A DNA stretch of 40,246 bases from Paraglomus brasilianum (GCA_910592345.1 CAJVPI010000239.1:1-40246); one strand, 5' to 3'; counted from the first letter of the stretch, positions 21,017 through 35,699 are shown. Notes: generated by a model from the letters alone, not told the origin. Translations and numbers: made by a program.

Positions 21017-24000
21017 TTGATCAAGAAGTTGCTATGGTGGGTGATAACAAGAAAATGTGCGCGAAGCCAACTGCGCTGTGTGAGAGCAAGAACTCTTAAA
21101 ATTGCTTTTTGCAGATCGGTAGCACAAAATACGTAAACAATTTGATATTTCAAACCGTTTTCGGTAAAATTCATCGTCACGGGTTTTCCTTTATCGAGAG
21201 TAACAACAGAACTAACATTTATTAGAGATCAGTTCATTATTTTTCTTGTCTCCCTTGTTACAAATAATTCCGGAGAACACCAATCATTGACTAAAATGTT
21301 TATATCATGATTCTCAACCCTATTCAGTGAATCAGTTTCACTTTCGTCCTCTCGTCTCATAGGCACGGCCGCCGACCTAGTCAATGGATTGCCGTTAAGA
21401 CTTACCCACAGTTCGTACAAATACGTCTTACACTGAAATTTATTTGTACACAATATTATTAATTGGACGTCGTTTACATATAGATAGCATCGATGAATCT
21501 AACATCTTTAATAACCATTATTTGGGGGGGGATGTTTATAATTGACTGGCTAACTTTTTATTTCAGATGGAATTATATATGCAATTTGCTGATTAAAACA
21601 TCGTCAAATCTAAATTCGAAAAATTAAGTATTATCATCAGTTAATGGAATAAAGTAAATTAGGGTCAACCCATGTGTGCTCAATAAAGACCCACAAAATC
21701 TCAGTTACTATTCAAAAGATTATCCAAACATAATAATTCAAAATTAAAATCAATTATTAATTAACAAAAGCAATGAGAAAAATATGAGTTGGAAGTGACA
21801 TTGAAAACGCAGTTTAAAGAAAACTAGAAACTATTAATTTAAGTTGTCAAGGGATAGGTGTGAAAATAAAAATTATAATCAAACCGTTTTGTATTAATTA
21901 TTTTTTTATTACATGCTTAGACTCATTACAACTTTGCCGAGTTTTACACCCTGAATGAGATTATTGCAGTCAACTGGTGTGCAAAGCTGACTGCATTCTC
22001 TGCCCTAATAAATTTTTGACGTCACAAACAGTCTCATCCTTACCATGCTGAACAGCAATTTCTGATTTTGTGATGAGTACTTCGAAGTATGCTCTTGCAA
22101 TGTCTTCCAATAGTAATAGACTGTTCATTATTGTATATTTTATCTCTCCTCGTTCTAATGTTTCTGTGCCTAGTTACAGCAAATATTTTACTGACACTTG
22201 AAGGGAAAATTTTCCCACGTATTTTGATCTGGTGACATCGATGACCTAGAACCAAGGAGGTACCTTGACATTATTTCCCTTTAACAGTGCCCGGAATTAT
22301 TATATCCTTGCAAAATCCGGCTTGTGTTATCCCTCCAAAAAGCTCAGAGACAAATAGTGTTTACGGCGATACAACAGATATGCAAGTCACATTGGTAAAT
22401 CTCTCTCCCACTTAGAAAAATGGTCACATTGATACAAAGAAGACCGTATCAATTTTCAGTGCGATCGAAATTCCATCGTCACAATGTTGCAGTGTGTACT
22501 TACGGTGTATACTTGCGGTATGTACGTGTGATGCATATTTATATGGTTGCGGGGAGTTTTCTCATTACATAGCATTCCAGCTCATCAAACCATTTTTGAG
22601 TCGTTACGAAATTGAACTATTCAGTGAAATTTACTTTAAGAAGTCACACTTTATCGAATATCGCTTTATAACAAAGCTTTTTCCAGAACGAATTCATCAA
22701 TTCAATTAAGCGAACTTTAGGTTAACAAAGCAAAACTGTAGAAACGAATGTCTTCGTTAAGTGAATTTGACTGTGTATCTATCAGTACGTAGCCGACCAA
22801 TCTAACAGTTTAAGATTATGATCTTCTAAATAATAAAGTTTTTAATAAAAGAGCAAGCGATAAGATTTAAAACTGATTAGTCAAACCAACAAATCGAATA
22901 TTAATTCTCAAACTTAATATGAAACTATCCCCTCAATTCAACGGTTGGTACCCGACGAGTAGGGTAGATATTCGATGCACTAAATAATATATAAATTGCT
23001 CGGAACTAGTTCAGCCTTAAGTGACGCAACTATTTTAATAGTGCAAGCTAAGTTAGGTAAAAATTTCCTGTTCACGAACATACCTACGATTACTTTACCA
23101 TCTTCCAAAGCTCAATTAAAGCGCGCGCAAACTGTAACAATAGATATTACGCATAAAATTAACATCCAAGTATCCCAAACATGAACTTTCAGTGTATACA
23201 ATACATCTTTACTTCCAGAAAACTTCAAGCCTTCTTTTTTAAAAAATGACCCAGTTTCACAGTCCCCTGACTCGTACCTAGATTCCTTTTTTATTATATC
23301 TTATCTATCCCCTCATTCCATTGCACATGACAACTTGTGGGCGTGAGGATTATCAAGTGGAAGAACTAGTGCGAGAACAAACGGAAACCACAGACGTCAA
23401 TAACTTTTTTATTGTTACAGTTTGAGTTTTTTTTTACCAATTATGGAATTAGACGTTAGCTACTTTCCTACAATAAAGTCAAATAAGCATATTTGCCGCA
23501 CAAATGTCTCCTGACTAGCACTGCGTTGAATATCAGAACCAAAAGCCTTCTGATCAACGTCCCGGAATAAAAGTTACTAAATGGGCAATTGGACGTCTCA
23601 AAAAAAGACTAGATTTTACGAAGAAGCAAACACCTTTTCAAAGAATGTAATTGTAAAGCTTGTTCCCTTTCTTTGATTAAGTTGATACATCATTTTAATA
23701 AATTTATAGTCTCATAGCAATTTTAAACCTGATTTTTGCAATTGCAGTTACTTGCATGATATTGCAATTTGCACTTCATCATTTTCCGCTATCATCAGGA
23801 AGTGAGTTTCCTCATTCCAGACTTGCCATCTTTTTCTTTTGCTGTCTAATATGTCTTCCGATAAATTTGTTTCCCCTAGCAACGAAGCTGATAGAAAGCA
23901 CGTCATTCCAATTTGGGCCAGTCCGAGAATTCATAATGTTCTTCTTCTATTGGCTATTGGTAGCGATCAATTGTCTTAACAGTAATTTCATCACTTTCTA

Positions 24001-25118
24001 GCTTTTATCACAAGTCGTCCCGTGCTTTTTTTAAAGTACCAGTGGGCGCTGTGTTTTCCTAATCATATCACCTCAATACACACACGTATTACATTATACC
24101 TTCTGATTCAGATACAATAATAGTACCTTGTTTAAAATTGGTGTGTTGCATGTTACATTAAATTAACGATTGACTTTTATCTCTGACATTGGTTGGCATC
24201 GGTTATCATTGATAATATGAAAGTCATGTGAACACCGATCCCCCGGTCTTTACACATGGATTTTTTACCCAGAACAAGATTCGTCTGATGTGACAAAAAC
24301 CAATTTTAACAAGATCGCCTTTACTACCGACGCTTTTTCTGGACAAGGATCGACTACATAAATGTTAATGTTAATGTTAAATAAACATCTATGCAGTGTT
24401 GTGTATTAAGTATGCGTCATTCACATGATGAATAAGACAACCCCACATGCTGGAGGGCGGGGGAGGTATAAACGCAGTAAAACATGAGTTAGGGGAACTC
24501 CACCAACGGACATGTAACATAATTGTACTTTTCGCCAGTTAAACCCAATCATTAACTACCAAACTCAAATAACGATGGCACAATACACATGTGAATGCTC
24601 ATATCATAAACATGCTTTACTCACATTCCATATTCAGCTTAAGTCTATCCTCACGTCCATTTCGACTATAAATTTCCGTCCATGTTCGTTTTTCGTTTTC
24701 GTATTACTACCACGACTACATTTGCTTATATAGAGGCAGTTGAGGACAACTGTCTTCACTGTTAAAAAGAAATTCTCGCACCCACTATAGAGTCCGTATT
24801 GCTGGCCAAACTTGTCCATTAGAAAATTACCCTCCATTCCTTGATCTCATCCACGAAACTGTTGAGAACCAAAGGGATAGGAGTGGTAATTCTTCTTTGT
24901 CTCTGGTTGCCATTATTTCTTGTGAACGACAAACCCTTCAATTCTCATCTCCAAACCCATCAAAAAAAGTCTTTCAACCACCAAGTCAAAGCTTAAACTT
25001 TTAATTCTACATTATTTCACTACGCTTACAATCATTATAACCACATCACTATCTTAATATTGCAATTTAATTGGTGTATAATAATAAAATATCCCCCTCC
25101 GTTACCCGACTTCTCGCA

Positions 25119-28100
25119 ATGGCAGAAGAAATTGTCAGAGACGAAACTGCCTCAGATTCGACAAACATAAGATTTAGTGTGCCAACCGATGGTGTGCGTG
25201 ACTCTATAGCCACTTCGGGAATACGCGATTCATATCTAAGTTACTCAACTGGTGTACCAGAAAGCGTCGCGACAGACGATGACCCCACCAGGCCTTTGGA
25301 AGGAAACGAAAAAGATGCCAAAAAAAGAAATCCCGCAAAATGGTATAAACGAAAGAGTTTCTGGACATTTTGCGGAATCACCACCATCATTCTCACAATC
25401 ATTTTAGTCCCGGTTATTATATTTGGCGTCTTCCCTAAAGTAGCACAAAGCTCAATTAACAAATCCCAGATTACGTACAGCCGAATAATCATCTCTGACC
25501 CAATCACCGACAGTAGTTTCAAAATATCGATCCAAGGTTCATTAAGCGGCGGTGGCAGTTTCGATGCTGATGCTAGTTTTATTGATCCCGTACAAGTTTA
25601 TTGGGATGATACCTTGTTGGGCGAACTTCCATTAGAACCGCTCAAACTCAGGGATGGACAAGCGAATGTTACTGTAGACGATACATTCACGATCAAAGAT
25701 GCAGCAAAATTTGCAGAATTTACAACGTATCAATTGACCGCCGAGACCTTTACTTGGAATATACAAGGAAAAGTTAAAATCAAGGCATTGGGCATTACAA
25801 AAAGTGGGCTGACTTTAAACAAAAATGTCGTTATTCAAGGTAAAATTTATAGACAATGACTCTTTCAAATTCGTTGCAACACGGTCTTTAAAATACTCTT
25901 TACTAACCCATGTCCCACCCGCACCGCGTAACTATTCAGGCGGCAATGGCTTTACGAACACGAGAATTACGAACATAAGCCTACCGGATAATTTCAACGG
26001 CGCAAATTTTTCATTGAAATATTCCGGAACTCTATACAATCCGTCACCCATTGGCATCCATATAGGTCACACCGTCTTTAACATCTTCTTTGGAGGTTCC
26101 TTTATAGGACCTGCTGAAGTTGCAGATCTAGTTATGGTGCCAGGAAACAATTCTCTCGAAATGACAGGTTTTGTAAACCCGAGCTCATCCCCGACCAGCT
26201 TTGCTGGATTGGCACTGTTCATTGCCAAAGTCGCCCAAGGCCAGGAATTAAAAGTCTTGGCCCAAGGTGTCTCTGCAGATACGGCAGGAAAGACCGTTTC
26301 GTGGGTAAACAATGCAGTCCGCTCAATGTCACTGACTCCAACTGTCAGCACGGCTCCATTTCCATTACCGCCAATTTTAAAAAGTAATATGAATCTCCTT
26401 TCTGAATCGACTACAGCACTCCACACTGATGACTCAGTTTCTGACTATCAACTCCCTTTTACAGCGAGAAAACGTTCCCTGGCTCAGCGTGATCTATCAT
26501 TTACTGATGTTCTTGCAGTAATAGAAAAAAATCTTCCTCCCTTAAACCCTACTGTTGCGGATGTTATCGATGCCCTACAAAAAGCTGATATTTTCAAGAA
26601 CGGCGGATCAATTCTAGATGTTCTTGTTTCCCTGGCAAACCCCCTCGTTCAAGCGCTTATCGACGGTAGTAAACTCAGTGTAAAATCCTCGGATATCGCA
26701 AACATTACAGCAGATTCGTTTACGGCTCATCTTGTCGGCTCAATTACTGGTACTGGACCACTTCCTGCAACAATCTCTTTTCCATCCGGAGTCACGGTCA
26801 AATTCCAAAACGCAACACTCGGTCAACTACTTCTTCCACCGGTTAGCACTCAGCCCGACGTGGGTGCCACGATCGATCAAGACGCACAATTCAAAATTAC
26901 TGATGTCGAAGCATTCACACAATTTTCTGGATTCATGTTGAAAAGCGAGCAATTCACTTGGGATTTGTCTGCTGATGACGTTGTCGTTGAGGCTTTCATA
27001 TTCAAATTCACCCCTCTTAAGATAAATAAGAGCATTACTCTCAGAGGTAAAAAAACAAAACGTTATTGATTTTGTATTCTGTTAGCAATTCAGCAAAGTT
27101 TAGTTAATAATCGAATATACATTACAACTTATTTGCAGGTTTCGACGGTCTCAAAAATGTCAAGATCAAGAAATTTGCCGTGTTGGGTCCAGCAAAGAGT
27201 GGCAAACCAGGAGTAGAAGTCGCACTTGTGAACGCAATCCCAGACGTTGCCGATATTGGTATCAAAATGGGCGCTGCTACCTTCGATATATTATCTTCGG
27301 GCGTGCCCATTGGAACGGCGTCTGCATCAGATCTCTCACTTGCCGCACAATCGGTAGCCACCGTGTCAATGTCTGGCGAAATTCTGGGAACGGACGAGGA
27401 CAAAGCATTGATCGGACCAATGTTCAGCCTTTTCCTCGCAGGAAAGCCTATTCCAATGGTTGTCAAAGGAAACACAGTTAGCCCACCTGGTTCTAGTGGA
27501 CCTGTGCCGTGGTTGGAAATTCCCTTCAAACAACTTGCGCTGGATCTAGTATTACAAGTCCCGCCGTCCAAGCTAATCGACCAAGTTGAAGTAGTGCTTT
27601 CGGCTGCTACCTTGCTTACTGGAAAGGCAGAAGCGAAATTTACCATGACCAATCCTGTCGGTGCCGACTTTACTATCCAGACTCTTGATTCCGAAGCCTT
27701 TTTCCTTGGCCAAAAAATTGGAGTAGTACACCAGGATTTCAGTAAAACGCCTATTGTTGTTCCTGGTGGTGAAACCGCTACATCTCCAGAGGTCGAAATC
27801 ACTATCATATTTCCTACCGATTTAAATGTATTACTTAAAATGCTCTCGTCTGGCGGAAATTTGAAAACTGATGTCACACTCCAAACAGGCGCGCTTGTTG
27901 CTACACTCCCAGCTACCATCACTTACCAACAAAAAGACGTTCCCACCAAGCTGACGGTTGATCTAGATTTCTTGAAATCTATAAAAATCAAGGCAGTCAC
28001 TCCCGACCAAATTGACACTATTGACAATATAATCTCCGAGTTCGATTCTACAAAACGCAGCTTAGCTAAGCGTGCTCTGACAGAACAGGAAATTGTTTCG

Positions 28101-29574
28101 ATACTACAAAAGCCAGACATTGCCAAAGATCTTGCCTCCATCAATGAAGCCATATCATCACTACAAAGTCTTAATTTATCACCGGATGAGATTAACACTT
28201 CCGGCGCTGGTGACTTATTAAAGAAGTTAGTTCAGCTGTTTATTAACAACAGTACGCTTAGTGTGTCTAGCTCAGCCATCTCAAACATTAAAGCACAGTC
28301 ATTCGTCGCACATCTTAATGGTGCAATTAACGGTGCCGGACCAATTCCCGCTGACATAAGTTTTCCATCCGGAGTCCAAGTATCGTTTGGAGATAACAAG
28401 CTTGGGAATCTGCTTCTTCCAAAAATTAGTGTTTCTAATGGTGGGGCCAAAATTGACGGAGACGTAGATTTCAAGATTACCGACATCGAGCAATTCACGA
28501 AATTTTCTGGAGCCATGTTGGCAAATAAGGCCTTCACATGGGGTTTACTTGCCAAGGATGTTGTCGTCAGTATCCCGCTAATCGATATTACGGGACTTAC
28601 ACTAAACAAAAACATCACCCTTAAAGGTACGTAATAGATACTAAGCAAGCTTTTGGGTATGAAAATCGTCACGCGTCCGCCCGCACGAAAACCAGAATTT
28701 TATCTATCCGTTGTGTAATGCTTGAAACCAAATAAGTTATTAATTTGATACTTTATTATTCGATTGCATTCTTGATTCAGGTTTCAATGGTCTTAAAGAT
28801 ATCAAGCCCAAAGGCTTTAAAGTGACGGGTCCATCCAAGCAAGGAGTAGGCGTAGCATTAGAGATCGTAAACACGATCAACAATCCTGCCGACATCGGTA
28901 TCGATCTTGGGAGTGTTACTTTCGAAGTGGTATCCAACAAAATTGTTTTTGGGGATGCAAGTTCATCAGGTGTCAAATTTAGCCCACAAAAGCCTGTCGA
29001 CGTAAAACTTGCCGCCGAAATTCTACAAACTACAGAAAACGCGAAATTTATCGGACTACTGTTCTCGGCCTTTGTTGCTGGAAAGCCCATTCCAATAACT
29101 GCTGTAGGAAAGTCGGTCAGCCCACCTGGCGCTGGTGGACCCGTGCCGTGGCTGGAAGTACCGTTCAAACAGCTTGCATTGAATGAAACCTTACAAGCAC
29201 CAGCCGCCAATCTAGTTCAACATATTGACATAACAATGACTAGTTTGACAAGCGGGAATGTGACATTTACTGTATTTAACAATATTGATACAGAGATTAG
29301 TATGCTTGGTTTCGGCTCCACGTCGTTTTACAAAGGGAAAAAACTTGCAACCCTGAGCCATAATTTTACCACGCCTGTTGTTTTAGCGGCCCAGCAGAAT
29401 ACTACCTTCCCTCCGATTACCTTTACGCCTGAGGCTGGCGGCGAGATACCACCAATAGGCCAGGAATTCCTAACTGATGTTCAAAGTCTAAACGCAATAG
29501 CTGTTGGTAAGCTTATAACCGAAGTTGGTTATGAACAGAAAAATGTTCCAACACTCATCACGACCCCAAAATGA
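25119..29574 (+). CDS. Type II membrane protein with tandem DUF3712/Tag1-like beta-rich repeats, 4 exons, 1369 aa
   Basis: Exons 25119-25839, 25940-27046, 27139-28626, 28781-29574 give a 4110-nt open frame. Single N-terminal TM (FWTFCGITTIILTIILVPVIIFGVFPKVAQ). Repeated F.I.D...F..F....L....FTW.....L.NK.I.L.GF.GL and NP..IGI..G motifs. Confidence 0.85.
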
Positions 29575-30548
29575 AAGTCGACGGGATGTATGTAACATGC
29601 TAATAAAGATAGTATAATTTAATATGTGAAGATGTAACGAAACATAGTGTGAATTCAAATATCAAATAGCTAGCCTATAGAGCTTTTGTCTCGTGCAAAA
29701 AGATATTACGAAATAATTTAATTCGATGTAAAATTTTAATATTCCGGATTATATATTACGATAACTAATAAAATAATCGTGATATTAATTAATCAAAAAA
29801 AGGGTGCATTGTAAACGTAATTGGCTTTTCTTTCGCGAGAAATGCAAAAGAAAAGAATTCAATAGCTGATAGTAAATCGCCAACGTGAGTATAATATCTA
29901 TTCAATTATGTAGAGTTTACAATAACCTCTTGCTACATATTTTCCTCTTGGGCTTAATCCTTTTTCATGGAAACGAGAGTTCCGCATAACAAATTTAAAT
30001 GATCAAATCCAAAGACGATACATGGCGAGTTCCTTTAATTGCCGTGAGTTCAAACGATTCTTTAGGAACGCGTTTGTTCTTATGTCTTCATTTTACCAGA
30101 GCTGTAGCATAAATTTTTATAATAAGGATGCTCATCAATGGCATTGAGTCCGAGTAATTCCCGCCGCTCATGCAATCGCTCGGTTGAATACTGTGCCTGA
30201 TTTACGAACACTTGTGGGTTGCATTTTATATTGATCTCTTTTCTTGAAAAAGCCGACAAAACTAAACGCAGTCTCGTTAGACTAGTCAATGATACATAAT
30301 ACATATAGTGACCAATTGCATTGGAGTATTAGTGGTGAATCTCATAAATATAAATAGTAATAGTAATAGCTTTTTTTCATCGTGTTGATTCATAATCACA
30401 TCCACGTGCAACATCTTCCCAAGACAAAATATTTTAGTAAAATATTTCATCTGACGTTTTTATTAATATTTCGTTTCTCCCATCGACTCTTCCTACTTTC
30501 CACACCCTACACACACATTCACTCTATTACTATCCTTCCTGTACAATC

Positions 30549-31900
30549 ATGTCCTTCAAAGACTTTTTTACGTCTCTAACAACCCTCTTCGATTCTCGAT
30601 CCCTTTGCGACGTAACAGTAGTTGCAGGAGATAACCACAATGCAACGGAATTTCGAGCACACTCGTGTATACTATGGGCGAGATCTGAATACTTTCGGAA
30701 GCGACTAACTGAAATGAGGCGTACCTTTCAGTTAGAATCAACAAAGATTAGAATCGAGTCTATCGAATCTCAAGTGTTTGCAATTATACTTAGGTGAGAG
30801 GGAGAGAAGACCGAGTTTTTTCTTTTCCTTTGTTTTTGCAACTGAATCAAGACAGGAAAGAGTGAGCGGATAGCTTTTGAGGAGCGATGTCTGTTTCTCG
30901 TAGTGAATAGAAATAGCAATTTATCAGCTGGATTTAATTCGTAGCGGTTTTAATATGTCCCCCTTGTTTGTATTTTAGTCACACTTTTTTTTCTCACTTT
31001 TTCCTATATACGCATGTATAAATAAATGCCCTCCCCATCCTAAACCTCTTGCTTTATTATAATTCCCCATCCCTCTTCAGATTCATGTACACAAACCGTC
31101 TCCCACTTCCTCCTCCACAGCCCCATGATTACATTGATCTTCTTATCGCATCTGACGTTCTTCAAATGGAAGCACTTGCCTCACACATCCAAGATCGAAT
31201 GCTAATTTCCTCGAAAAAGTGGATAAAGGAGAACTTTGATCGAGTGATGAAGGAAACTGAAGGAAGAGAAAGTTGTAAAAAGTTGAGAGCCTATGCTTTG
31301 GAAAGGAGTGAGAGGAAAGAAAGAGAAGCAAGAGAGAGGATGTGGAGAGAAAGTGTGTTGAACGGGATTTTTGTGAATGAGGATGACGTGAGCGGGAATG
31401 ATGTGAAGGACGATGACGTGAACGAGGATGGTATGAACAAGGATGATGCAAAAAAGGATGGTGCGAATGAGGCTGGTGTAAATGAGGATGAGGTGGATGA
31501 GGATGAGGTGAATGAGAATAAGGTGAATAAGAATGAGGTAAATAGGGATGAGGTGAATGAGGATGAGGTGAATGAGGACGAGGTGAATGAGGATGAGGAT
31601 GAGATGAACGAGGATGAGGTGGAGCAAACTCGCAAGACTAAAGAAGAAGAGGGAGATATATGTGGAATCGACGAAAATAATAATATTGCTGCAACAATGC
31701 AAAGTGAACTCTCAGAGGAGAAAGAAACGAACACAATCAAGTCAGCAAGTCAGAGCAAGAAACGAGATTCGAATGATGTTGATCTTTCAGCTGAATTTCA
31801 AACGCCCAAAAAAAAAAGGAACAAAACAATGAAAACTCTCTTTGAAGATGATATTCAAACAAGAACAAGTTTTATAGTCAAATTGCAACTACGAAAATAA
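30549..31900 (+). CDS. BTB/POZ-domain protein with acidic low-complexity tail, 2 exons, 354 aa
   Basis: Exons 30549-30793 and 31081-31900 (GTGAG..CAG intron). CDVTVVAG..EFRAHSCILWARSEYF..VFAIILR|FMYT..DLLIASDVLQM. Confidence 0.85.
31374..31622 (+). repeat. 15-bp coding minisatellite (VNEDE)
   Basis: Degenerate gtgaatgaggatgag units encoding VNEDE/VNKNE/VNRDE. Confidence 0.85.
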
Positions 31901-33502
31901 CTAGAGTGTGTTGATATGGTATAAAATCATACTATAATATCTCTGACTATTTTTCTTTCTTTTGATTCTAATAATTTAATATGATGGTTCTAGATATTTC
32001 TGGATGCAGTGGAAAAGACAAGGACTTGTAAAAAAAGAAGTTTTGGTCAATCAGAGAAGAATTGACATATGTGATAAATAGATAGATTTAATTTACCTTT
32101 TTGGATAAAAATACAGTTTTTATGGGTCATATACATCCCATTTTACATTTCCGATAGTTCTTCAATGTCTCCCCAGCTAACGGATGGAACGTCTATCCGT
32201 TATTGCTAGCTTTTTTCCTTTAAACGTTGTCTTTTGCATGCAGATCGAAGTCAATGGCTTAACTTGCAACAGCAGTTCGCAACAAGTAATTGATACCGGT
32301 TTGTTTGCGGTGAATCGAGCCCATTCAATCGAGCTTCTGTCTATTTCAATTTCTAATCAACTTTCGGAAAATTCGGCTTCAAGATGAGTTGTACTAGTAC
32401 GTACTCTGTTTTTTTCTTGTTCGCAAAGTGATTATCTACTCGTAAATCACTAGGTGTCGGTGGTGATTCCGCTATTACTACATCGCTAAAGGATTGGCAA
32501 AATATATTTCACACGATTATGATCGAAAGGCAAGAGCAAAATTGAAACAAGCCAGTGTCAATATTGCACTTGGCTTGAAAGCATGCTAATTTCTTTTCGT
32601 AAGTACTTTTATCTCCATAACGATGAATCTGACATTATTCCGAATTTACTCTTTCTGATGATGAGATGAATCTCTATCTGCTAGATCGGGGAGTTAACTA
32701 TAACACTTCTGATAATACATTTGCAAGCGTTGCAATATGAAGCAGTGCATTGACTATATTAATGTTTTATAGTAAGTTCGTAAATTAACACCGTATTTAT
32801 ATTCCTAATGTCACCTATCAAGAACGTATAATCCAACCGTATAGTATGTATTGCAATGAGTTGGACCCTGCTGTCATTTTATTAAAAATATGAATGTATG
32901 CATTAATAGTAGTTTTAAAACTTTGCACAAAATTAGAAATCCTAGCTAATGACCCTAAACTTAAACTTTATTGAATGAAGCAGCGCTATTTTTGTCTCTA
33001 AATTATACAGTAGAATCAGATAAAACGCTCAAAGAAGCATGGTTGTCCTCAATCATGGGGATCTGTAACTGCAACTCTTTGATACAATATAACAATAAAT
33101 ATGATGAGTGCAGAACCTGATGTCATTAAACATGTCGAACTCGAACAAAGTAATGAATTTCATGTATGGGCCAGGCGGTTAGTATTGACTGCAAGGACAT
33201 GTTGTCGTGTGTGGTATTTAGTTTGTTATATTATTGTTTAACGTTGAATGTTCGTGCACGATGGTGTAAACTGGTTTGGACATTGTACATGATGTAATTA
33301 TTATCTCAACTGTATGAAAGTGCCAGGTGACATTTGACTAGAAAAACTGAGAAAATATAACAGAAATGTTGAATACTATTGTATAATCTTGGGATACATT
33401 GACATATGATAAAGAATCCTTGCGTTCTTGAATTAATACGGACATAACTATTTAAGTTAACGATTATCATAATAATAAAGATGTACTATGGTGCAGGACA
33501 TC

Positions 33503-33684
33503 TATAGCCCGAAATAAAATACCCAACTTTCAAAACCCTAAGACTTTTATATTAGAGGGTTTAGAGAAAGAATGATAGAGCAGACGAAGCAGAATAAAAG
33601 TTACGGTTTAAAATTTTAATCAACTAAAAAAGTTTCGAGTTTTAGGGATTGAAAAGTAACAGTTTTCTGAAATTTCGGACATAC
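33503..33684. mobile_element. MITE-like inverted element
   Basis: Outer pair tatagcccgaaat / atttcggacata; inner pair actttcaaaacccta / tagggattgaaaagt. Confidence 0.45.
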
Positions 33685-33784
33685 CGTTTTGTGTGTAATG
33701 ATCCGTTATCCAATAAAGCGATAGCGATATGTTTAGCATTTATTTTTCTCGTGTTATTATTGGTAACATTCTTTTTGTTTTACT

Positions 33785-34090
33785 ATGCCTCGACCAATTA
33801 AAAGAAAGCCGCACATAAACAAGTATCTCGAGATAAGAGAGACAAATTTATTAAAGAAGATGAACTCAATCCGATTGATACAGAATCGAGTGAAAATCCT
33901 TGGGAAAACGATGAGTTAAGTGATCGGGGAAGTGATGTTGATTCGGCAACAGACTTTCAAAGAATTTAGTAGATTTGCACGAAAAATGTGGCGATATATG
34001 GATTTGTATAAACAGGTAAATTAGCAGAATATGCTGCTAAAAAATATATATCGCACAGAAGAATCCCCGAAAATGCATGAGAGGAATTAA
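33785..34090 (+). mobile_element. Internally deleted IS630/Tc1-like (DDE_3-type) transposase relic
   Basis: N-terminal MPRPIKRK.. segment joined directly to RFARKMWRYMDLY..GKLAEYAAKKYISHRRIPE, which resembles the C-terminal RFMDAY..G..A..A.KKYKSHR motif of these fungal transposases. Catalytic core absent. Confidence 0.6.
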
Positions 34091-35699
34091 GAACAATTAG
34101 TTCGATCAACTGTCTTAAATGCATTATATAGGTAAGTATGTGCTGTTCAACCTGCAACATTAATTTCCGAGTTCAACATTAAATATAACGTTTATGCTCT
34201 GCTCTTACTATTACAACGGACGATTTTGACCTCAAAATGAGTCATGTGATAAAGTGCATTAACACAGCACGAACAACAAACTAATACGTTCGTTATAAAG
34301 CTTTCTTTGTCGTAGCAGAAGTCTATTGCTACAATAATCTCCTTCTTCACGAATAATCGCTTCAGAAGACTTTAAAGCGGAATTGCATTTATTATCCTTC
34401 CGTTACCACAAGATAATAAAGTTTTTACTAACGCATTAAATTTGGAATTTTGGGATGGCCGACAATCATGTTGATTTAACAATAGGGTTTAATTTCACCA
34501 GTTATTAGATAAATAACTTTACCACAGTTAATTATACAAATATAAAATAGCATCAAAAATTTCAAAATTTTTAACACTCCATAAAATTTTATGTTGAGGT
34601 CTATATTCCTCTTCTATGGGTCGGTCCTTGCATTGGATGACATAGTATATTAATATACGCCTGTGATGAAAAGCTAAGTCAACTCCTCCATCACCCCGTC
34701 CGGTACTGTATAAATATACAAATTAAATGCATCATTATAGTCAAGACCATTGAAGAACGTTCACAGCAGGCCGTCCACCGTACGCCAGGACTGGGTACCT
34801 GACTGGTGACTTTCGCAAGCTGTGGCCACAACACATATCTAATCACATAATCATCAATTTCTCTTCTCTGAAACAGTTAATGTAAAAGTAAACCATTATT
34901 TAAACTTAGATGCACTTACTGTATAACCTGCTTTTCCAGCCTCAAATGTGTCCCAGTCTCAAATTTTATCTAAAAATAAGAACTTGTTCAATTTGCGTGA
35001 CGCACGCTTGAATGCTTGCAATAGATTACAATAGACCACTGAAAACTTTTGCGCTGGCACAAGCGTTAACGAGTTTAAAAAAGACTTTTTAGACTGGTAC
35101 GAGGTTATAATATTGAAATATTCAGTGGTGAGGAGTTAATATATCTTAGTTTGCAAAACTGTTACAGATTGTTTATAGGGCGTTTATTTAAAATTAAATT
35201 GATCTTGGGTAATAGAAATAAATACCACCACGTATCTACAGAAACTTGGTATTTCAAATTTTCCAAAGTTTGATTTTGACATGGTAGAGCATCATCTGTG
35301 CAAGAAGTTAAAAGGCAACAAAGTGAATAATAATATGCACCAAGGTCAGCCTAATTCATAGTGAAGGCTGTTATTGAACGTTGAATTGTTCTAGTTTACA
35401 CTAAAAGTTTTTACACTAACATTATTTTATACAATGTATTGTAACAATAATAAATAATAGCAATCAACAAACACTATTGGCATCCGCGCTAGGCAGCAAA
35501 CTTATTATCAGTGTCGAAGAGATACTCTAATAGCCAAATAACCTGTTATAACACAACCCAATAATAGTCCGACATCCAGTTGACTGTTTCAATTGAGATT
35601 TCTGTATGAAGAAATCGATTTAAAGTTAGAATAATTGAATATGTTATAGGTTAAGCCAAACTTACATAACTATAACCGTGAACCTAAAACACTAAACCA

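Noticed and set aside
21229..22330. Exon-like minus-strand fragments (..NDWCSPELF..; ..NCCSAW|gtaag)
   Set aside because: No consistent spliced frame or convincing domain could be built.
26067..29210. Long minus-strand ORFs (119-266 aa)
   Set aside because: Antisense shadows of the DUF3712-like gene.
31143..31740. Minus-strand ORFs with LILIH / FTSSS repeats
   Set aside because: Antisense readings of the VNEDE minisatellite.
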